A stretch of DNA of 38,013 nucleotides. Source: a virus. Its lineage: Duplodnaviria > Caudoviricetes. A program made the position numbers and the translations under genes. The first letter of the stretch is position 1, and each line of letters begins with the position of its first letter. The notes under the pieces were generated by a model. The model was not told where the DNA came from. It was given only the letters and a program-made list of their open reading frames with translations, and made no database searches. The stretch is from the IMG/VR virus record IMGVR_UViG_3300026258_000307, positions 1 through 38,013 of that record, one strand, 5' to 3'. This document shows positions 35,637-38,013 of this stretch, in pieces.

Positions 35637-37253
35637 TTAACCCGTGCTTATTTTGACATCGTTTCCTGATCTAAACAGTCTGCCTGCCACTCCTGGGTCC
35701 GAAGTTGGTAGTGCAGTGAAGTCTATCTGTGCACCATCAACTTCTAAATTACCTTTTACTTGAGTTTTTGTGTGTCCAACTCTAAAACGTTCTGCCAATG
35801 AAGAGCCATCATGTGTTTTTACAAATACCTCATTGGAAGTACCTGATGTTCCATCCATTCTCAATTCTGCTCTTACATTACCTCCAGATTGTTGGAAGTC
35901 TATGCCGGGTTGGTTGGCGTCTGCTGTTCTTTGAAGTGTTATGATCGATGAGGCCGATTTGATGTGTAGTTGTGTGTCAGGTGAACTAACAGAACCAATA
36001 CCCACCTGTCCGCCTGCTTTCAATAATATGTCACCAGTGCCATCTGTTTCTAGTGTGATGTCACCGTTTGTGCCATCAGTAATTTTGATTGTTCCTGAAT
36101 CTGTTCCAGCGTTTGTGCTCAAAGTCAAATCAGTAGCGCCAGTGGATGTAACTGATCCTACAACTGAAACACCAGTTGCGGTTGTTTCAAACTTTTTAAC
36201 ATTGTCGTGATAAAGTTCAACTGCACCGTCGGCAATACCCTTCACCATTGGTTCTGTGCCACTATCTTTAGAAAGTATTACATTGTTGTCACTCTGCAGG
36301 TAAAGGTTTCCTGTTCCTACTTCTCTTACTATTGAATGACCTCCGTTGTGGAATATCCTTAGATCACCGGAATCACCAAATTTTATTTCGTCACTATCAC
36401 CTAGTGTTAGATTTCCTATGACTTTTACTGTGCCTGTGCCGGCCGCATCAAGTTCTAGATTGGCGTTTGATGCCGAAGTTGTAATTTTGTTGTCAGTGAT
36501 GCTGATCCCATCATCGATGTTAAGTGTTCCTGTGACTTTGGCACCATCACCGGTTACTCTGAATTTTTCTACTAGACCTCCTGACACAGTAAAAGTGTCG
36601 AATATAATTTCGTTTGATGCTCCACTTGTGCCGTCCATCTTGATGTTGGCCGCATCAGTGCCTCCCGAGCCTTTGAAAGTTATTGCCGGCTGGTTGGCGT
36701 TGTCTGTTCTCTTCAAAAATATTGTTGGAGTAGCGGCTGTTAGAAACAGATTACCCGTGATATCAATCACTCCAGCACTGGTGTCGAGAACCTTTGTGCC
36801 GTCATGATGTATTTCGACCTCCGCGGCATCTATAATTACTTTTCCAGTGCCACTGCCATCTATGTTCAGTGTGGCGTTTGAACCATTAGACACTATGGTG
36901 TTTGTGACTAATGAACCTGTTGTTGTGCTACCGTTGACTACAAATGGTCCAGAGGACACGATGTTACCTGTTCCGTTTGCTACAAAGGTGATGTCTGCGT
37001 TGGTATCCAACGAACTTATTGTTGTGTTGTTTAGTGATAGCCTATCTATCTCAACAATTCCAGTTCCGTTTGCAATTATTTTCGTATCACCGTTGGTTGT
37101 TGGATTGATTAAAATTCCGCCCGATGATGTAGTGCCTGCCAAATCCGTATAGAGTTCCTCGAAGTTCGTGTTGATCTTCGTCATGGCCGTACGTAAAGTA
37201 TCGCCCGTCGCTGTATTTCCTTCTATTCCTGTGTCTATTGTTTTTCTAGCCAT
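35637..37253 (-). CDS. Tail fibre-like protein (538 aa)
   Basis: N-terminal TGDTLRTAMTKINTNFEELY; internal duplicate RT.xANQP...MDGTSG.SNE; C-terminal LPTSDPGVAGRLF.SG. Confidence 0.8.
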   Translation of the reverse strand: MARKTIDTGIEGNTATGDTLRTAMTKINTNFEELYTDLAGTTSSGGILINPTTNGDTKIIANGTGIVEIDRLSLNNTTISSLDTNADITFVANGTGNIVSSGPFVVNGSTTTGSLVTNTIVSNGSNATLNIDGSGTGKVIIDAAEVEIHHDGTKVLDTSAGVIDITGNLFLTAATPTIFLKRTDNANQPAITFKGSGGTDAANIKMDGTSGASNEIIFDTFTVSGGLVEKFRVTGDGAKVTGTLNIDDGISITDNKITTSASNANLELDAAGTGTVKVIGNLTLGDSDEIKFGDSGDLRIFHNGGHSIVREVGTGNLYLQSDNNVILSKDSGTEPMVKGIADGAVELYHDNVKKFETTATGVSVVGSVTSTGATDLTLSTNAGTDSGTIKITDGTNGDITLETDGTGDILLKAGGQVGIGSVSSPDTQLHIKSASSIITLQRTADANQPGIDFQQSGGNVRAELRMDGTSGTSNEVFVKTHDGSSLAERFRVGHTKTQVKGNLEVDGAQIDFTALPTSDPGVAGRLFRSGNDVKISTG

Positions 37254-37267
37254 ATTTCGGTTTTACA

Positions 37268-37280
37268 TATTTATTAAATA
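37268..37280. promoter_or_regulatory. Back-to-back late promoters TATTTA-T-TAAATA
   Basis: TAAATA on minus (37268-37273) faces the tail operon; TAAATA on plus (37275-37280) is 5 nt before the ATG at 37286. Confidence 0.7.
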
Positions 37281-37285
37281 ATTAC

Positions 37286-37489
37286 ATGTTCGTAGAAACG
37301 CTCAAAACGTTGAAATTATACAAAAGAGAGAGCAAACTAGGAATCTGTCACACCGTAAGAAGGAATAACATAATATACGTGCTTAAATGCGACACCTGTG
37401 GTACAACATTCAAAAAACCAAAATCCAAGGTAGACCCAGAAAGGGTTGAAAAAGGCCACAAACATTTCTGTGATAGATGTGACCTATAG
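37286..37489 (+). CDS. Small zinc-ribbon-like protein (67 aa)
   Basis: CDTC and CDRC pairs; own TAAATA. Confidence 0.75.
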   Translation: MFVETLKTLKLYKRESKLGICHTVRRNNIIYVLKCDTCGTTFKKPKSKVDPERVEKGHKHFCDRCDL

Positions 37490-38013
37490 GTTTACCCAGT
37501 CTTTTTGTTGCTGATCGTCTGATATCCATCTCATCAAGTGAGCATAGATGCCTATCTTTATGTTGGGTTGATCACAATACCATCTCAGGAAAGAGTTTCC
37601 GTCTATGTATTCTCTCCGATTAATAAAATAGAAATTGGTTTCGGGAAACTTTCTAAATGTTTGCCTTAGTTGGTACATCCATTCATATTTTAGATATGCC
37701 TTCATGCTCATACGTGATGGGTAATTTGGTGAGTTCTTGTATATGTTGTTTTGTATCCTGCTAGGTTCCTCCATCTCCCATTGTCTTGCACCCAATATGT
37801 CGAAGGCCAGTATGACAACATTTTTAACTCCAGACTCGGCCGCCATGAGCACTGCCGAACATCCGGACCCCCTGTTCAATGAAAAATCTTCAGTCTTTAT
37901 CCTGCCACCCTTCTTTAAGTTGCCACCTCTCCAGATACGATAAATTTTAAGGCCACGTGGTGTGTCGTTTTCTTTGTCTCCGTCACAGATGTAGTCCCAT
38001 TTGCTTATGTCAT
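37484..38013 (-). CDS. 5'-truncated protein, weakly Maf/DUF115 (glycosyltransferase-like)
   Basis: Frame is open to the window edge (DISKWDYICD...). GSGCSAVLMAAESGVKNVVILAFD resembles the S-G/V..A..lA...G...I.l.GfD motif. Confidence 0.5.
   Translation of the reverse strand, partial: DISKWDYICDGDKENDTPRGLKIYRIWRGGNLKKGGRIKTEDFSLNRGSGCSAVLMAAESGVKNVVILAFDILGARQWEMEEPSRIQNNIYKNSPNYPSRMSMKAYLKYEWMYQLRQTFRKFPETNFYFINRREYIDGNSFLRWYCDQPNIKIGIYAHLMRWISDDQQQKDWVNL

Noticed and set aside
29895-37253. Possible diversity-generating retroelement target or CRISPR-like repeats
   Set aside because: No reverse transcriptase, no adenine-specific template/variable pair and no regularly spaced repeat-spacer array. 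The repeats are protein-domain repeats.
1-38013. Stop-codon reassignment, tRNA genes, or a bacterial-chromosome origin
   Set aside because: Conserved genes are full length in the standard code and use all three stops; no cloverleaf was seen in the very short intergenic gaps; host-like genes are interleaved with virion, lysis and clamp-loader genes and T4-like late promoters.

Overview
AT-rich, gene-dense segment of a large lytic tailed phage with T4-like late transcription signals. A sunlit marine setting and a Gram-negative, possibly alphaproteobacterial/SAR11-like host are inferred, not proven. Nearly all genes are on the minus strand. From right to left: a truncated Maf/DUF115-like gene; three paralogous tail/baseplate fibre proteins; an Ig-repeat baseplate protein; a stand-alone DnaE fragment; two 2OG-Fe(II)-type oxygenases; GroES; a ParB-like protein; UvsE; an NAD-dependent formate dehydrogenase; a clamp loader; a lysis cassette (M15 endolysin, i-/o-spanin) ending in an acyl carrier protein that lacks its phosphopantetheine Ser; a DnaJ-def-ClpA operon; a lipidated subtilase; a nucleotidyltransferase/5'-nucleotidase fusion; a SutA-like small protein; and a Cu/Zn SOD. 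The SOD, the SutA-like ORF and a 52-aa ORF are missing from the supplied ORF track. Main oddities: (1) phage-encoded FDH; (2) Ser-less ACP; (3) a consensus sigma70 promoter inside a fusion gene, placed to give a leaderless internal isoform; (4) near-leaderless starts behind both early and late promoters; (5) T4 capsid-targeting-like N-termini on enzymes; (6) recurrent D-(G)-S-[S/T] motifs in virion proteins near candidate modifying enzymes. No tRNA, rRNA, CRISPR array, integrase or transposase was recognised. All family calls come from motif recognition by eye, not from database searches.
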